Positions 15,208 through 24,795 are shown, counted from the stretch's first letter. The stretch is 32,000 nucleotides of DNA from Propionibacterium freudenreichii subsp. freudenreichii (GCF_000940845.1 NZ_CP010341.1:810001-842000); one strand, 5' to 3'. Notes: generated from the letters alone by a model not told the origin. Made by a program: numbers and translations.

Positions 15208-16260
15208 GTGAGCGATTCCACCTTCCAGCCTGACAACCAACCCGGCCAGAGCGGTTCGGGCCCGACGCTGCCCCCCGCGGGGTGGTACCCCGACCCGGCT
15301 GACTCCGGCTCCCAGCGCTACTGGGACGGCAAGGACTGGACCAATGAGTCGCGCCGCCTGCAGCCGGCCGGCTGGTACGCCGATCCGGCGGGCAGCCAGC
15401 TGGAGCGCTACTGGGACGGGAACGCCTGGACCGAGCAGACGCGTCCGCCGGCGCCGGCCGCCCCGCAAGCGGGCCCTGCGGCCCGGGCCGCGGCGAACCC
15501 CGCCGCGCCGGGAACCCAGCAGGCACCCACCTACGGGCAGCAGGCTCCCGGCGGCTACGGCCAGCCGGCGGCCCCCTATGGCCAGGCGACCGGCCCGCAG
15601 GGCCAGCCCGTCGGGGCACAGGGTCAACCGGGCACCAATCCCTATGGGCCACAGGGCTATCCCGCAGCCGGGGCGCCGCCCTACTACCGCAGCCAGGGCG
15701 GATTCACCCCCTATGGGGTGCCCCAGACCGCCGATGGCGTGCGACTGGCCGGATGGTGGGCCCGCTTCGGCTCGCTGATCGTCGACGGCATCGTGCTCAA
15801 CATCATCAACTCGATCGTGTTGTGGCTCCTCAGCTCGACCATCAGCGGTGGCATGGAGCGTTGGTGGAACGACATCATGTCCGCCGCGGCGAGCGGCAAC
15901 ACCTCCGCCGTGCCCCTGCCGACCGACCCGCAGTACGGCCATAGTTTCGTGATCCTGCTGACGGTCAGCGTGGTGATCAGCTTCGCCTACAGCGTGCTGC
16001 TGCAGAAGTTCTTCGCCGCCACACTGGGACAGATGCTGTTCGGGCTGCGCGTGGTGCCGGTCGACCACGGCACGGGTCCCTACCGGTTGTCCTGGTCCAC
16101 GGCCCTGATCCGCAACGGCGTCTACGCGCTCATCCAGGCCGCAAGTTACGTCGTCGGCTTCCTGATCGTCGTCAACGGCCTGTGGCCGCTGTTCCAGCGT
16201 CGCCGCCAGACCTGGCACGACATGGTGGCCCGCACCCAGGTCGTCTCCATTCGTCCCTGA
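15208..16260 (+). CDS. RDD-family membrane protein with two N-terminal DUF2510 repeats and a P/Q/G/Y-rich linker
   Basis: The two DUF2510 repeats are GWYPDPADSGSQRYWDGKDWT and GWYADPAGSQLERYWDGNAWT. A low-complexity linker of about 95 aa follows (QQAPGGYGQPAAPYGQATGPQGQP). The RDD domain runs RLAGWWARFGSLIVDGIVL...QRRRQTWHDMVARTQVV. I chose GTG 15208, which has CATGCT 6 nt upstream. The track ORF begins at 15067. Confidence 0.8.
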   Translation: MSDSTFQPDNQPGQSGSGPTLPPAGWYPDPADSGSQRYWDGKDWTNESRRLQPAGWYADPAGSQLERYWDGNAWTEQTRPPAPAAPQAGPAARAAANPAAPGTQQAPTYGQQAPGGYGQPAAPYGQATGPQGQPVGAQGQPGTNPYGPQGYPAAGAPPYYRSQGGFTPYGVPQTADGVRLAGWWARFGSLIVDGIVLNIINSIVLWLLSSTISGGMERWWNDIMSAAASGNTSAVPLPTDPQYGHSFVILLTVSVVISFAYSVLLQKFFAATLGQMLFGLRVVPVDHGTGPYRLSWSTALIRNGVYALIQAASYVVGFLIVVNGLWPLFQRRRQTWHDMVARTQVVSIRP

Positions 16261-16267
16261 GCCGGTG

Positions 16268-16299
16268 ATGGCCGTTGCCGGCCATGGTTTGGGGCTTTT
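16268..16299 (+). terminator. intrinsic terminator after the RDD gene
   Basis: ATGGCCG (16268-16274) pairs with CGGCCAT (16279-16285), with loop TTGC. The following sequence is GGTTTGGGGCTTTTC. Confidence 0.5.
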
Positions 16300-16390
16300 C
16301 GGTGCACGTGGAAAGCTGGCACTTCGGCCGCCGCGCAGCGTCGGGATGGTCGGAATGATGTGAGCAGTTTTCTTCAGGGGGGATTGGGCC

Positions 16391-18580
16391 ATGGCGCACA
16401 GTGACGCCGCTTTGGCGCAACTCGCCGAGCAGTATGGGATCGCCACGGAGTTCTGGGACTGGAAGGGCCGTCACACCGAGGTGGACGACGCCTCGGTGAT
16501 CGCCGTGCTCGGCGCTATGGGCGTCGATGCATCCAGTCCCCACGCCATCGACAGCGCGCTGGCCGCACGCCGCGACCAGGCCTGGCGCGCCATGTTGCCG
16601 CCCGTCACCGTGGCGCGTGCCGGGGCCGTGCCCTATGTCAACCTGCATGTGCACGACGGGCGCCCCGCCCGGCTGGTGGTGCGCCTTGAGGACGGTGGCC
16701 AGCGCGACGCCAACCAGGTGGACAACTGGGAACCGCCCCGCAACATCGACGGACAGATGATCGGTGAGGCCACCTTCCAACTTCCCGGCGACCTGCCGCT
16801 GGGCTACCACCGGCTGATCCTCGACTCCGATGACCGCCATGCCGAGGCGACGCTCATCATCACCCCGCCGCACCTGGCCTGGCCCGAGCGCATGAAGAAC
16901 TCGCGGGTCTGGGGCTACGCCGCCCAGCTCTACAGCGTGCGCTCACGCCAATCGTGGGGAGTGGGCGATTTTGCCGACTTGGCCGCCCTGTCGGCATGGT
17001 CCGCCGCCGAGCAACAGGCCGACTATGTGCTCATCAACCCCGTGCATGCGGCCGAGTCGATTCCGCCGATGGAGCCGTCGCCCTATCTGCCCACGAGCCG
17101 GCTGTTCGTCAACCCGATTTACGTGCGTCCCGAGACAGTCGTCGAATACACCGACCTCGACGATTCCGACCGCGCCCGGGTGGGCGCCCTGCTGAGCTCG
17201 CTGCGGGGGGAACTGGTCGGCGACGACCAGATCCAGCGTGACAAGTGCTGGGACCACAAGCGGCGTGCGTTGAAGATCATCTGGTCGGCAGGTCGCAGCG
17301 ACGACCGGCAGATGCGCTTTGACGCCTTCCGCCACCATCAGGGCAGGATGCTGCGCGACTTCGCCACCTGGGCGGTGCTGTGCGAACACCTCGGGGGAGA
17401 CTGGCGCACCTGGGAGCCCCGCTTCCGCCATCCCGATTCACCCGATGTGGGGGCGTTCCGGCAGGCGCACCTCGCCGAGGTCGACTTCCACGAATGGCTC
17501 CAATGGGTGGCGGCGCAGGCGCAGTCCGACGCCCAGGAGACCGCCACCGATGCGGGCATGGCCATGGGCGTGATCACCGACCTTGCCGTGGGCGTGGGGC
17601 AGTCGAGCGCCGATGTGTGGATGATGCAGGACCTGTATGCCCCCGGCATGACCGTCGGCGCCCCACCCGATGCCTACAACCAGCTCGGGCAGGGCTGGGG
17701 CCAGCCGCCGTGGCGTCCCGATCGGCTCGAGGCCTCGGCCTATGCCCCCTTCCGCACCATGGTGCGCAATGCGCTCGGCCACGCCGGTGGCGTGCGGATC
17801 GACCACATCATCGGCCTGTTCCGCCTGTGGTGGGTGCCCGAGGGGATGGGGCCGGCCCAGGGCACCTATGTGCGCTATGACCATGAGGCGATGGTCGGCA
17901 TCCTCGCGCTGGAGGCCCAACGGGCCGGCGCCGTGGTCATCGGCGAGGACCTGGGCACCGTCGAGGCGTGGACCCGTGGTTACCTTGCCGAACGCGGCAT
18001 CCTGGGCACCTCGGTGTTGTGGTTCGAAGAGGACGACCAGGGCAATCCGGTGCCTGCCGAGCAGTGGCGGGCGCTCACGATGGCGTCGGTCAACACGCAC
18101 GACCTGCCGCCGACCGCCGGATACCTCACGAAGGCCCACGTGGCCCTGCGCGACCGGCTCGGGCTGCTCACCGAGCCGCTGGAGCGTGAGAATGAGCTGG
18201 CCGACCAGGAGCTGGAGCGCTGGCGGGCCTACCTGGAGTCGCGCGGGGCGCTTGATCCGTCCGTCGTCGATCCCGTGGAACGCATGGTGCTCGGGTTGTA
18301 CAAGGTGCTCACCTGGACCCCCTCGCGCGTGCTCAATGCCACCCTGGTCGACGCGGTGGGCGATGCGCGCATCCAGAACCAGCCCGGCACCGTCAACCAG
18401 TACCCGAATTGGCGGGTGCCGTTGTGCGGGGCAGACGGCAAGCCCCTGCTGTTGGAGGACGTCTACGCCATGGAACGCCCGATGAGGCTGTCGGCCGTGC
18501 TGAACGGCCTGGACACGACACCCGAGCCATGGCGGCGCTCCACCAACCCGGAGTCGCGGCCGCTCGAGGACCGGGCATGA
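16391..18580 (+). CDS. malQ: 4-alpha-glucanotransferase (amylomaltase, GH77)
   Basis: 729 aa. The N-terminal extension typical of actinobacterial MalQ reads LAEQYGIATEFWDWKGRH. GH77 core motifs are VWGYAAQLYSVRSRQSWGVGDF, INPVHAAE, VRIDHIIGLFRLWWVP, VIGEDLGTV and NTHDLPPTAGY. Confidence 0.93.
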   Translation: MAHSDAALAQLAEQYGIATEFWDWKGRHTEVDDASVIAVLGAMGVDASSPHAIDSALAARRDQAWRAMLPPVTVARAGAVPYVNLHVHDGRPARLVVRLEDGGQRDANQVDNWEPPRNIDGQMIGEATFQLPGDLPLGYHRLILDSDDRHAEATLIITPPHLAWPERMKNSRVWGYAAQLYSVRSRQSWGVGDFADLAALSAWSAAEQQADYVLINPVHAAESIPPMEPSPYLPTSRLFVNPIYVRPETVVEYTDLDDSDRARVGALLSSLRGELVGDDQIQRDKCWDHKRRALKIIWSAGRSDDRQMRFDAFRHHQGRMLRDFATWAVLCEHLGGDWRTWEPRFRHPDSPDVGAFRQAHLAEVDFHEWLQWVAAQAQSDAQETATDAGMAMGVITDLAVGVGQSSADVWMMQDLYAPGMTVGAPPDAYNQLGQGWGQPPWRPDRLEASAYAPFRTMVRNALGHAGGVRIDHIIGLFRLWWVPEGMGPAQGTYVRYDHEAMVGILALEAQRAGAVVIGEDLGTVEAWTRGYLAERGILGTSVLWFEEDDQGNPVPAEQWRALTMASVNTHDLPPTAGYLTKAHVALRDRLGLLTEPLERENELADQELERWRAYLESRGALDPSVVDPVERMVLGLYKVLTWTPSRVLNATLVDAVGDARIQNQPGTVNQYPNWRVPLCGADGKPLLLEDVYAMERPMRLSAVLNGLDTTPEPWRRSTNPESRPLEDRA

Positions 18581-19575
18581 AGTCCGCCGCGCTCACCCAT
18601 GTGCAGGTGCCCGAGGCGCTGCGCCGCCGCGGCATCGACGAGGTGCTGGTCTTTCAGGCCGGGCTGAGGCATCGCTTCCGTCGCATCGAGGTGCGTGACG
18701 GGCTGCTCCTGCACGGCGAGCAGGGCTGGGGGGAGTGCTCGCCGTTCTGGGACTACGGCGCGACGGAGTCCGCGAGCTGGTTGCATGCGGGCCTGGAAGC
18801 CGCCACCCGGCCGTTGCCCGCCCCCGTGCGCGACCTCGTCGAGGTCAATGTGACGATCCCGGTGGTCTCACCGACCCAGGCGCGGCGGCTGATCGCGGCC
18901 AGCGGTGGTTGCATGACCGCGAAGGTGAAGGTGGCCGACCCGGGATCTGACCTGCGCCAGGACTGCGCCAGGGTTGCTGCCGCGCGCGCCGAGCTGGGGC
19001 CCGAGGGCCGCATCCGCGTGGACGCCAATGCTGCCTGGTCGGTCGACGAGGCAGTGGCTGCGGTGATCGAGCTCGACGCAGCAGCAGAGGGCCTTGAGTA
19101 CGTGGAACAACCCTGCCCCAGCGTCGAGGAACTCGCCCGGGTGCGCCGACGCATCACCGTGCCCGTCGCGGCGGACGAGTCGGTGCGCCGCGCCGACGAT
19201 CCGGTGGCCGTCGCCAGGGCCGGGGCCGCCGACATCGTGATCGTCAAGGCGCAGCCGCTCGGTGGCGTGGCACGCGCCCTGGACGTGGTCGATCGGGCCG
19301 GCCTGGATGCCGTGGTCTCCTCGGCCCTGGACACCTCGGTCGGACTGGGCATCGGCACCGCCCTGGCAGCGTCCCTGCCGCGGCTGGGCCATGCCTGTGG
19401 GCTGGCCACCATCGAATTGTTCACCGGCGATGTCACCACGAGTCCACTCCTGCCCGAGGGCGGGGCCCTCGTGCCCCGACGCGTCGAGGCGGACCAGCCG
19501 GTGCACCAGGACGTCCCCCGGGCCCTGGTCGATCGGTGGGTCGAGCGACTCACCGCCATCTGCCACGAGCTCTAG
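18577..19575 (+). CDS. menC: o-succinylbenzoate synthase (enolase superfamily)
   Basis: The ATG at 18577 overlaps the malQ stop (ATGA); the track ORF starts at 18409. By eye, the sequence is collinear with M. tuberculosis MenC as I recall it. Matching segments are FRRIEVRDGLLLHGEQGWGECSPF, AKVKVADPG, RIRVDANAAWSVDEAV, LEYVEQPC, VPVAADESVRRADDP and IVIVKAQPLGGV. Confidence 0.88.
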   Translation: MKSAALTHVQVPEALRRRGIDEVLVFQAGLRHRFRRIEVRDGLLLHGEQGWGECSPFWDYGATESASWLHAGLEAATRPLPAPVRDLVEVNVTIPVVSPTQARRLIAASGGCMTAKVKVADPGSDLRQDCARVAAARAELGPEGRIRVDANAAWSVDEAVAAVIELDAAAEGLEYVEQPCPSVEELARVRRRITVPVAADESVRRADDPVAVARAGAADIVIVKAQPLGGVARALDVVDRAGLDAVVSSALDTSVGLGIGTALAASLPRLGHACGLATIELFTGDVTTSPLLPEGGALVPRRVEADQPVHQDVPRALVDRWVERLTAICHEL

Positions 19576-19699
19576 GCCACGCCGGAAGGACCGTCGGACG
19601 AACACCGCACACGGGGGTGACCCCGGGGACGACACGAGCAGTTGATGAGAAGCGCCGGCGAGAAGAGCTGACACGGGAAGCAGGCACAGGAAGACACCC

Positions 19700-21355
19700 A
19701 TGAGCAATACCGCAGATCCCCAGAACCCCCCGCAGGCGCGCTCCGGCGAACCGGCGGCTGCCGTGGGGCAGGCCGTGCCGGGCGGGCCCCCGGTGCGCTC
19801 GGCCGCCCTGGCCAGGGCGCTGGTCACGGCGCTCGTGGCGCACGGCCTGCGCGACGTGGTCTATTGCCCCGGTTCGCGCGACGCGCCGTTTGCCTACGCA
19901 CTGGACGCGGCACAGCATGCCGGTTGGTTGCGGGTGGCGGTGCGCCTGGACGAGCGCGCTGCCGGCTTCCAGGCTCTGGGACTCGCCAAGGCGGCGGCCG
20001 CGCAGGGCACGGCGCGACCAGTCGCCGTCGTCACCACCTCGGGCACCGCGGTGGCGAACCTCCACCCGGCCGTGCTGGAGGCCGATGCCGCCGGGGTCGC
20101 GCTGGTGGTGGTGAGCGCCGATCGTCCCCACGAGATGTGGCGCACCGGGGCCAACCAGACCACTGAACAATTGGGGATTTTCGCCCATGCGGTGCGCCAG
20201 GAGGCCGACATCCCGGCCGGCTTCCCCGTGGACGGGCGCCTGTCGGGCCTTGTCCGACGGGCCATGACGGCTGCCCTGGGAAACCTCAACGGGAATTCCG
20301 GCCCCGTGCACCTCAACGTCTGCCTGCGCGAGCCCTTGAAGCCCGACGACCAGTGGTTGCCCGGGCCAGCGCCTGCGCCGGAGCCCCACCGGGAGGCACC
20401 CGGCGCACCCACCGAGCTGCCCATGCCCGACAGGACCGTCGTGGTGGCCGGCGACGGTGCCGGCGATCAGGCCCAGCAGGCAGCGACCGCCGGGGGATGG
20501 CCCCTGCTGGCCGAGCCGTCGTCGGGCGCACGCTTCGGCGCCAATGCGCTGACCGACTACCAACAACTGCTGGGTTCACCACTCGCCCCCCAGATCGAGG
20601 GCGTGCTGGTGTTCGGGCATCCCACCTTGTCACGTCCGGTCTCGGCGCTGTTGGCCCGCGACGACGTGCGGATGGTGGCGGTCACCTGCGGTTCCCGGTG
20701 GACCGATGTGGCCGGCCTTGCCCAGGTGGTGCGCGGCCCGGTGCACATCGCCAACAACCCGCAGGGGGAGTGGCTGGCACGGTGGATCGGGGCCGACGAG
20801 CCGGCGCCGCGCAGCACCAAGGACACGGCGGCACGACTGATCTGGCAGGCCCATGGCGCGCCCGACGCCCCGGCCCTGGTGCTGGGGGCCTCGGCAGTGA
20901 TCCGCTCCTTCGACCGCCGGGCCGTCCCGGGGGACCATGCCCCCCTGGTGATCGCCAACCGTGGGCTGGCCGGTATCGACGGCACCGTGTCCACAGCCAT
21001 CGGCGTCGCCGCCGGCACCGGGCGTCCGGTGCGTGCGGTGGTGGGCGACCTCACCCTGGCCCACGACGGCCTGGGCCTGTTGCGGGGGATGAACGAGGCC
21101 GTGCCCGACGTGCAGGTGGTGGTGCTGGCCGACCGGGGCGGCGCCATCTTCGCGGGACTCGAACACGGATCGGCGGCCCCCGCACTGCTGTCGCGCTATT
21201 TCCTGACACCCCAGGTGCTCGACGTCCGGCAGCTGGCCGGAGCGGTGGGGGCGTCCTACCGGCATGTGACAGATGTGCTGGAACTGCCGCAGGTCCTGTC
21301 CGAGCCGATCAGCGGCGCCAGCATCGTGGAGGTCGAACTGCCCCCGGTGGGGTGA
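19700..21355 (+). CDS. menD: 2-succinyl-5-enolpyruvyl-6-hydroxy-3-cyclohexene-1-carboxylate (SEPHCHC) synthase, ThDP-dependent
   Basis: 551 aa with RBS AGGAAG. Motifs are [56 protein letters not shown] and [16 protein letters not shown]...GDLTLAHD. Confidence 0.9.
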   Translation: MSNTADPQNPPQARSGEPAAAVGQAVPGGPPVRSAALARALVTALVAHGLRDVVYCPGSRDAPFAYALDAAQHAGWLRVAVRLDERAAGFQALGLAKAAAAQGTARPVAVVTTSGTAVANLHPAVLEADAAGVALVVVSADRPHEMWRTGANQTTEQLGIFAHAVRQEADIPAGFPVDGRLSGLVRRAMTAALGNLNGNSGPVHLNVCLREPLKPDDQWLPGPAPAPEPHREAPGAPTELPMPDRTVVVAGDGAGDQAQQAATAGGWPLLAEPSSGARFGANALTDYQQLLGSPLAPQIEGVLVFGHPTLSRPVSALLARDDVRMVAVTCGSRWTDVAGLAQVVRGPVHIANNPQGEWLARWIGADEPAPRSTKDTAARLIWQAHGAPDAPALVLGASAVIRSFDRRAVPGDHAPLVIANRGLAGIDGTVSTAIGVAAGTGRPVRAVVGDLTLAHDGLGLLRGMNEAVPDVQVVVLADRGGAIFAGLEHGSAAPALLSRYFLTPQVLDVRQLAGAVGASYRHVTDVLELPQVLSEPISGASIVEVELPPVG

Positions 21356-21375
21356 TACCGCCCCCGCTGGGGTGA
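21338..21375 (+). repeat. near-tandem duplication of the last codons plus stop of menD (18-nt units, 16/18 identical, 20-nt period)
   Basis: CTGCCCCCGGTGGGGTGA (21338-21355) includes the menD TGA. CCGCCCCCGCTGGGGTGA (21358-21375) is the second copy. Both were read directly. Confidence 0.7.
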
Positions 21376-21462
21376 GATGGCGCGATTCCGGTCCCGATCC
21401 GGGCCCCGGTCGCCCGATGTCCGGTCCGCGGCCCCCATACCGGCGGGGGAGATGATGGGACC

Positions 21463-24033
21463 ATGCCACACGAGATCATCAGCGGCCACGACATGAGCGA
21501 CTGGCCGACCACCATCGAGGTGCGCGGCGCGCGCGTCCACAACCTGAAGAACATCGATGTGTCGGTGCCGCTGGGCGAGCTCGTGGGGATCGCCGGGGTG
21601 TCGGGCTCGGGCAAGTCGTCGCTGGCCCTGGGCGTGCTCTATGCGGAGGGGTCGCGTCGCTATCTCGAGGCGCTGAGCACCTATACGCGCCGACGCCTGA
21701 CCCAGAGCGCACGGGCCAGCGTCGACGAGGTGGAGCATGTGCCGGCCGCCCTCGCGCTGCGGCAGCGCCCCGGCGTGCCCGGAGTGAGGTCCACCTTCGG
21801 CACCTCCACAGAGCTGCTCAACAGCCTGCGCCTGCTGTTCTCGCGGCTGGCCAGCCACCAGTGCCCCAACGGGCACCATGTGCCGCCCACGATGAACGTG
21901 GCGCTCATGAAGCCCATCACCTGCCCGGTCTGCCAGGTGCAGTTCTACGGACCGGGTGCGGAGTCACTGGCCTTCAACTCCGAGGGGGCCTGCCCGCGCT
22001 GCCAGGGCACCGGCATCGTGCGTGACGTCGACGACTCCACGCTGGTGCCCGATCCCACCCTGACGATCGACCAGGGGGCGGTGGCGCCGTGGCACATGTT
22101 CGGCATCCGCGATGTGATGCAGCAGGCGGTGGTGCAGCTCGGCGTGCGGATCGACGTCCCCTTCAACCAGCTGACCGACCGCGAACTGGACATCGTCTTC
22201 CATGGCCCGGAGGTGAAGCGCGAGGTCACGATCCCCTCCAAGAGCGGCAAGGTGTTCGACCTCAACCTCACCTACCGCAATGCGCGTGATGCGGTCGAGA
22301 AGGCCCTCGACAAGGCCAACTCGGAGCAGAAGCTGGCGCGCATCAACCGTTTCCTGTCGGTGCAGGTGTGCCCCGAATGCCATGGCAGCAGGTTGTCGCC
22401 GGCCGCCCGCGCCCCGCTGGTGCTGGGCATCAACCTGGCGCAGGTCACCGCGAAGACCCTCGACGCGCTCATCGCATGGCTGCCCGGCATCGGGCCGTGG
22501 CTGCCGGCCGATATGCGTCCCATGGCGGCGTCGATCATCGGCGAACTCACCGGCAACGCCCAGCGACTGCTCGACCTGGGACTCGGCTACCTGGCGCTCG
22601 ATCGGGCCGCCGCCACCTTGTCCACCGGCGAGCGGCAGCGTGTGCAACTGTCCCGCGCCGTGCGCAACCAGACCACCGGGGTGCTCTATGTGCTCGACGA
22701 GCCGTCGATCGGCTTGCACCCCTCCAATGTCGACGGCCTGCTGTCGGTGATCGGCAGCCTGCTCGACGACGGCAACTCGGTGGTGGTCGTCGACCATGAC
22801 GTGCGCGTGTTGCGCCAGGCCGACTGGCTCATCGAGATCGGTCCCGGCTCGGGTTCGGGGGGCGGCACCGTGGTGTCCACCGGAACCGTGGAGAAGGTGT
22901 CGGACGACCCCGCCTCGCGCATCGGGGGCTTCCTGTCGGGGGCGCGGCGGGTGGAGGTGCGCACCCCGGTGACGCCCGACAGGGTCTTCACCGAGGGCCG
23001 CATCCACCTGGAGACCGCACCCCTGCACACCGTGCACGCCCTGTCGCTCGACCTGCCGCGGGGCCGCTTGTCGGCGATCACCGGGGTATCGGGCTCGGGC
23101 AAGACCACGCTGATCCTGGAGTCGCTCGTGCCGGCGCTGCGGGCGGCCGGTGGGGGAGAGCGCCTGCCGAGCCACGTCAGGGCCCTGGACGCGCCCGGCG
23201 TTGCGCGCACGAACCTGATCGATTCCTCGCCCATCGGCATCAATGTGCGCTCCACCGTGGCCACCTACTCCGGGGTGCTCGACGACCTGCGCAGGGCCTA
23301 TGCGCAGACGCCCGATGCCCGTCGCCTGGGCTACAAGACCGGGGACTTCTCGTTCAACACCGGCAAGCTGCGGTGCCCCACCTGCGAGGGCACCGGGCAG
23401 ATCTCGCTGGATGTGCAATTCCTGCCTGACGTGACGATCGTGTGCCCCGACTGCCACGGCCGACGCTATGCACCGGCCGCAGACGATGTCCTTCGCCCGC
23501 CGAAGCCCGGTCCGGGGGCCGGGGAGGACGAGGATGCCGGTGCCCTCAGCCTGCCCAGCCTGCTGGCGCTGACCGTCGATGATGCCTTGGCCAGGGTCGC
23601 CGACCTGCCGAAGGTGCATGCCCGGCTGCAGGTGTTGCGCGACCTGGGTCTGGGATACCTCACGCTGGGGGAGGCCACGCCGGCGCTGTCCGGCGGCGAG
23701 GCCCAGCGGCTGAAGCTCGCCTCGGAACTGGGCCGTGACCAGCGCGACGCCGTCTTCGTGTTCGACGAGCCGACTGTGGGACTCCACCCCCTCGACGTCG
23801 AGGTGCTGTTGGGCGTCTTCGAGCGACTCATCGACCACGGCGCCACGGTGATCGTCATCGAGCATGACCTCGACGTGATCGCCAACTCCGACTACATCGT
23901 TGACCTCGGGCCCGGGGGCGGCGAGGCCGGTGGTCGCATCATTGCCACCGGGACGCCGTCGCAGATCATGGACGACCCTCAGTCGGTGATCGGCCGCTAC
24001 CTGCGTGAGGACCAGGCTCCCCGGCATCGCTGA
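21463..24033 (+). CDS. UvrA-like ABC ATPase paralog lacking the UvrB-binding domain (class II / UvrA2-type)
   Basis: 856 aa. N-terminal segments are [38 protein letters not shown] and [15 protein letters not shown]. The signature motifs [11 protein letters not shown] and [12 protein letters not shown] are present, as are both Walker sets. Only about 17 aa separate the CPNGHH and CPVC zinc ligands. E. coli UvrA has an insert of about 130 aa there, which is the UvrB-binding domain. Confidence 0.88.
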   Translation: MPHEIISGHDMSDWPTTIEVRGARVHNLKNIDVSVPLGELVGIAGVSGSGKSSLALGVLYAEGSRRYLEALSTYTRRRLTQSARASVDEVEHVPAALALRQRPGVPGVRSTFGTSTELLNSLRLLFSRLASHQCPNGHHVPPTMNVALMKPITCPVCQVQFYGPGAESLAFNSEGACPRCQGTGIVRDVDDSTLVPDPTLTIDQGAVAPWHMFGIRDVMQQAVVQLGVRIDVPFNQLTDRELDIVFHGPEVKREVTIPSKSGKVFDLNLTYRNARDAVEKALDKANSEQKLARINRFLSVQVCPECHGSRLSPAARAPLVLGINLAQVTAKTLDALIAWLPGIGPWLPADMRPMAASIIGELTGNAQRLLDLGLGYLALDRAAATLSTGERQRVQLSRAVRNQTTGVLYVLDEPSIGLHPSNVDGLLSVIGSLLDDGNSVVVVDHDVRVLRQADWLIEIGPGSGSGGGTVVSTGTVEKVSDDPASRIGGFLSGARRVEVRTPVTPDRVFTEGRIHLETAPLHTVHALSLDLPRGRLSAITGVSGSGKTTLILESLVPALRAAGGGERLPSHVRALDAPGVARTNLIDSSPIGINVRSTVATYSGVLDDLRRAYAQTPDARRLGYKTGDFSFNTGKLRCPTCEGTGQISLDVQFLPDVTIVCPDCHGRRYAPAADDVLRPPKPGPGAGEDEDAGALSLPSLLALTVDDALARVADLPKVHARLQVLRDLGLGYLTLGEATPALSGGEAQRLKLASELGRDQRDAVFVFDEPTVGLHPLDVEVLLGVFERLIDHGATVIVIEHDLDVIANSDYIVDLGPGGGEAGGRIIATGTPSQIMDDPQSVIGRYLREDQAPRHR

Positions 24034-24145
24034 GCGGGACCACGGCCTCCCACCCCCGGTGGACGCGCAGATGGCGCCGGGGGTTGAGGCGGCTCGTGGA
24101 TCGCCAGCCCACCGGAGGGTATTATCGCGCAATTCCTGAATTCCC

Positions 24146-24175
24146 TTGACCGGTCTTGTCCGGGCTGCCCAGAAT
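24146..24175 (+). promoter_or_regulatory. possible promoter of the lipoprotein gene: TTGACC (24146-24151), 18-nt spacer, CAGAAT (24170-24175)
   Basis: The hexamers were read directly in a lower-GC spacer. The -10 match is only moderate. Confidence 0.3.
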
Positions 24176-24203
24176 GAGCGGAACGGACAGTGAGGAATGG
24201 CCC

Positions 24204-24680
24204 ATGTTGATGTCACGAGTTATCGCCGCGTGCTGTGCCGGTGCCGCAATGATTGCCATGAGTGCCTGTTCCTCGTCGCACGATTCCGGCATGATCGACG
24301 GCGCGGGCGTGGATGCGGAATACCGTCAGGAGGCGGCGACGCTGACCTGGCCCCAGGGCTTCCCCGACCCGGGTTCCAACTTCACGGAGAAGGACGGCGG
24401 TACCGGCGACGGCTATCCGGTGCACAGCTTCCCGGGGGAGGGCTTTTCGGCAGCCGATTCCACGTGGTGGTGCGCGTGGGTGAACTACTACGTGCAGGAC
24501 CCAGCGGCACATGCGCAACAGAGCCTGGCGCAGATGCGCACGATCAAGGAAAAGCACCTGTATGCGAAGGCCGGCGCCCCGGACTTCAGGGAGAGCGTCG
24601 ACGCCGAGATCGCGGCATTGGAGCTGGGCGACGCGGGGCTGCTACAGCTCGACTATCAAGCAAACTGCAAGGTGGACTAG
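24204..24680 (+). CDS. hypothetical lipoprotein (158 aa), lower GC than its neighbours
   Basis: The signal peptide plus lipobox-like cysteine reads MLMSRVIAACCAGAAMIAMSAC/SSSHDSG. The RBS GAGGAA lies 7 nt upstream of ATG 24204; the track ORF begins at 24156. I recognise no family. Rare-for-this-window codons (TTA-free, but CTA, CAA, TAT, GCA and AAA present) and AT-richer flanks set it apart. Confidence 0.65.
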   Translation: MLMSRVIAACCAGAAMIAMSACSSSHDSGMIDGAGVDAEYRQEAATLTWPQGFPDPGSNFTEKDGGTGDGYPVHSFPGEGFSAADSTWWCAWVNYYVQDPAAHAQQSLAQMRTIKEKHLYAKAGAPDFRESVDAEIAALELGDAGLLQLDYQANCKVD

Positions 24681-24795
24681 TCAACAAACGGAATAGCCGA
24701 TAAGCGGAGTAGTCACGAGATCGACTGGTCATTAAACTATTTCAGCGTGAGCGCGGGGCGCACCATGGTGCGGTTGTCAGGCCTGCATGGTGCCA

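Noticed and set aside
24052-24084. 8-bp stem (ACCCCCGG/CCGGGGGT) with a 17-nt loop after the uvrA-like stop
   Set aside because: The loop is large and there is no U tract, so I cannot support it as a terminator.
21964-24216. 750-aa ORF on the minus strand
   Set aside because: It is antisense to the uvrA-like gene. It has no recognisable motifs and a shadow-frame composition.
24759-24772. 14-nt perfect palindrome CGCACCATGGTGCG just downstream of the menF stop
   Set aside because: As a hairpin it gives only a 5-bp stem with a 4-nt loop. It could be a weak terminator or a chance palindrome around an NcoI-like core, and is not strong enough to call.
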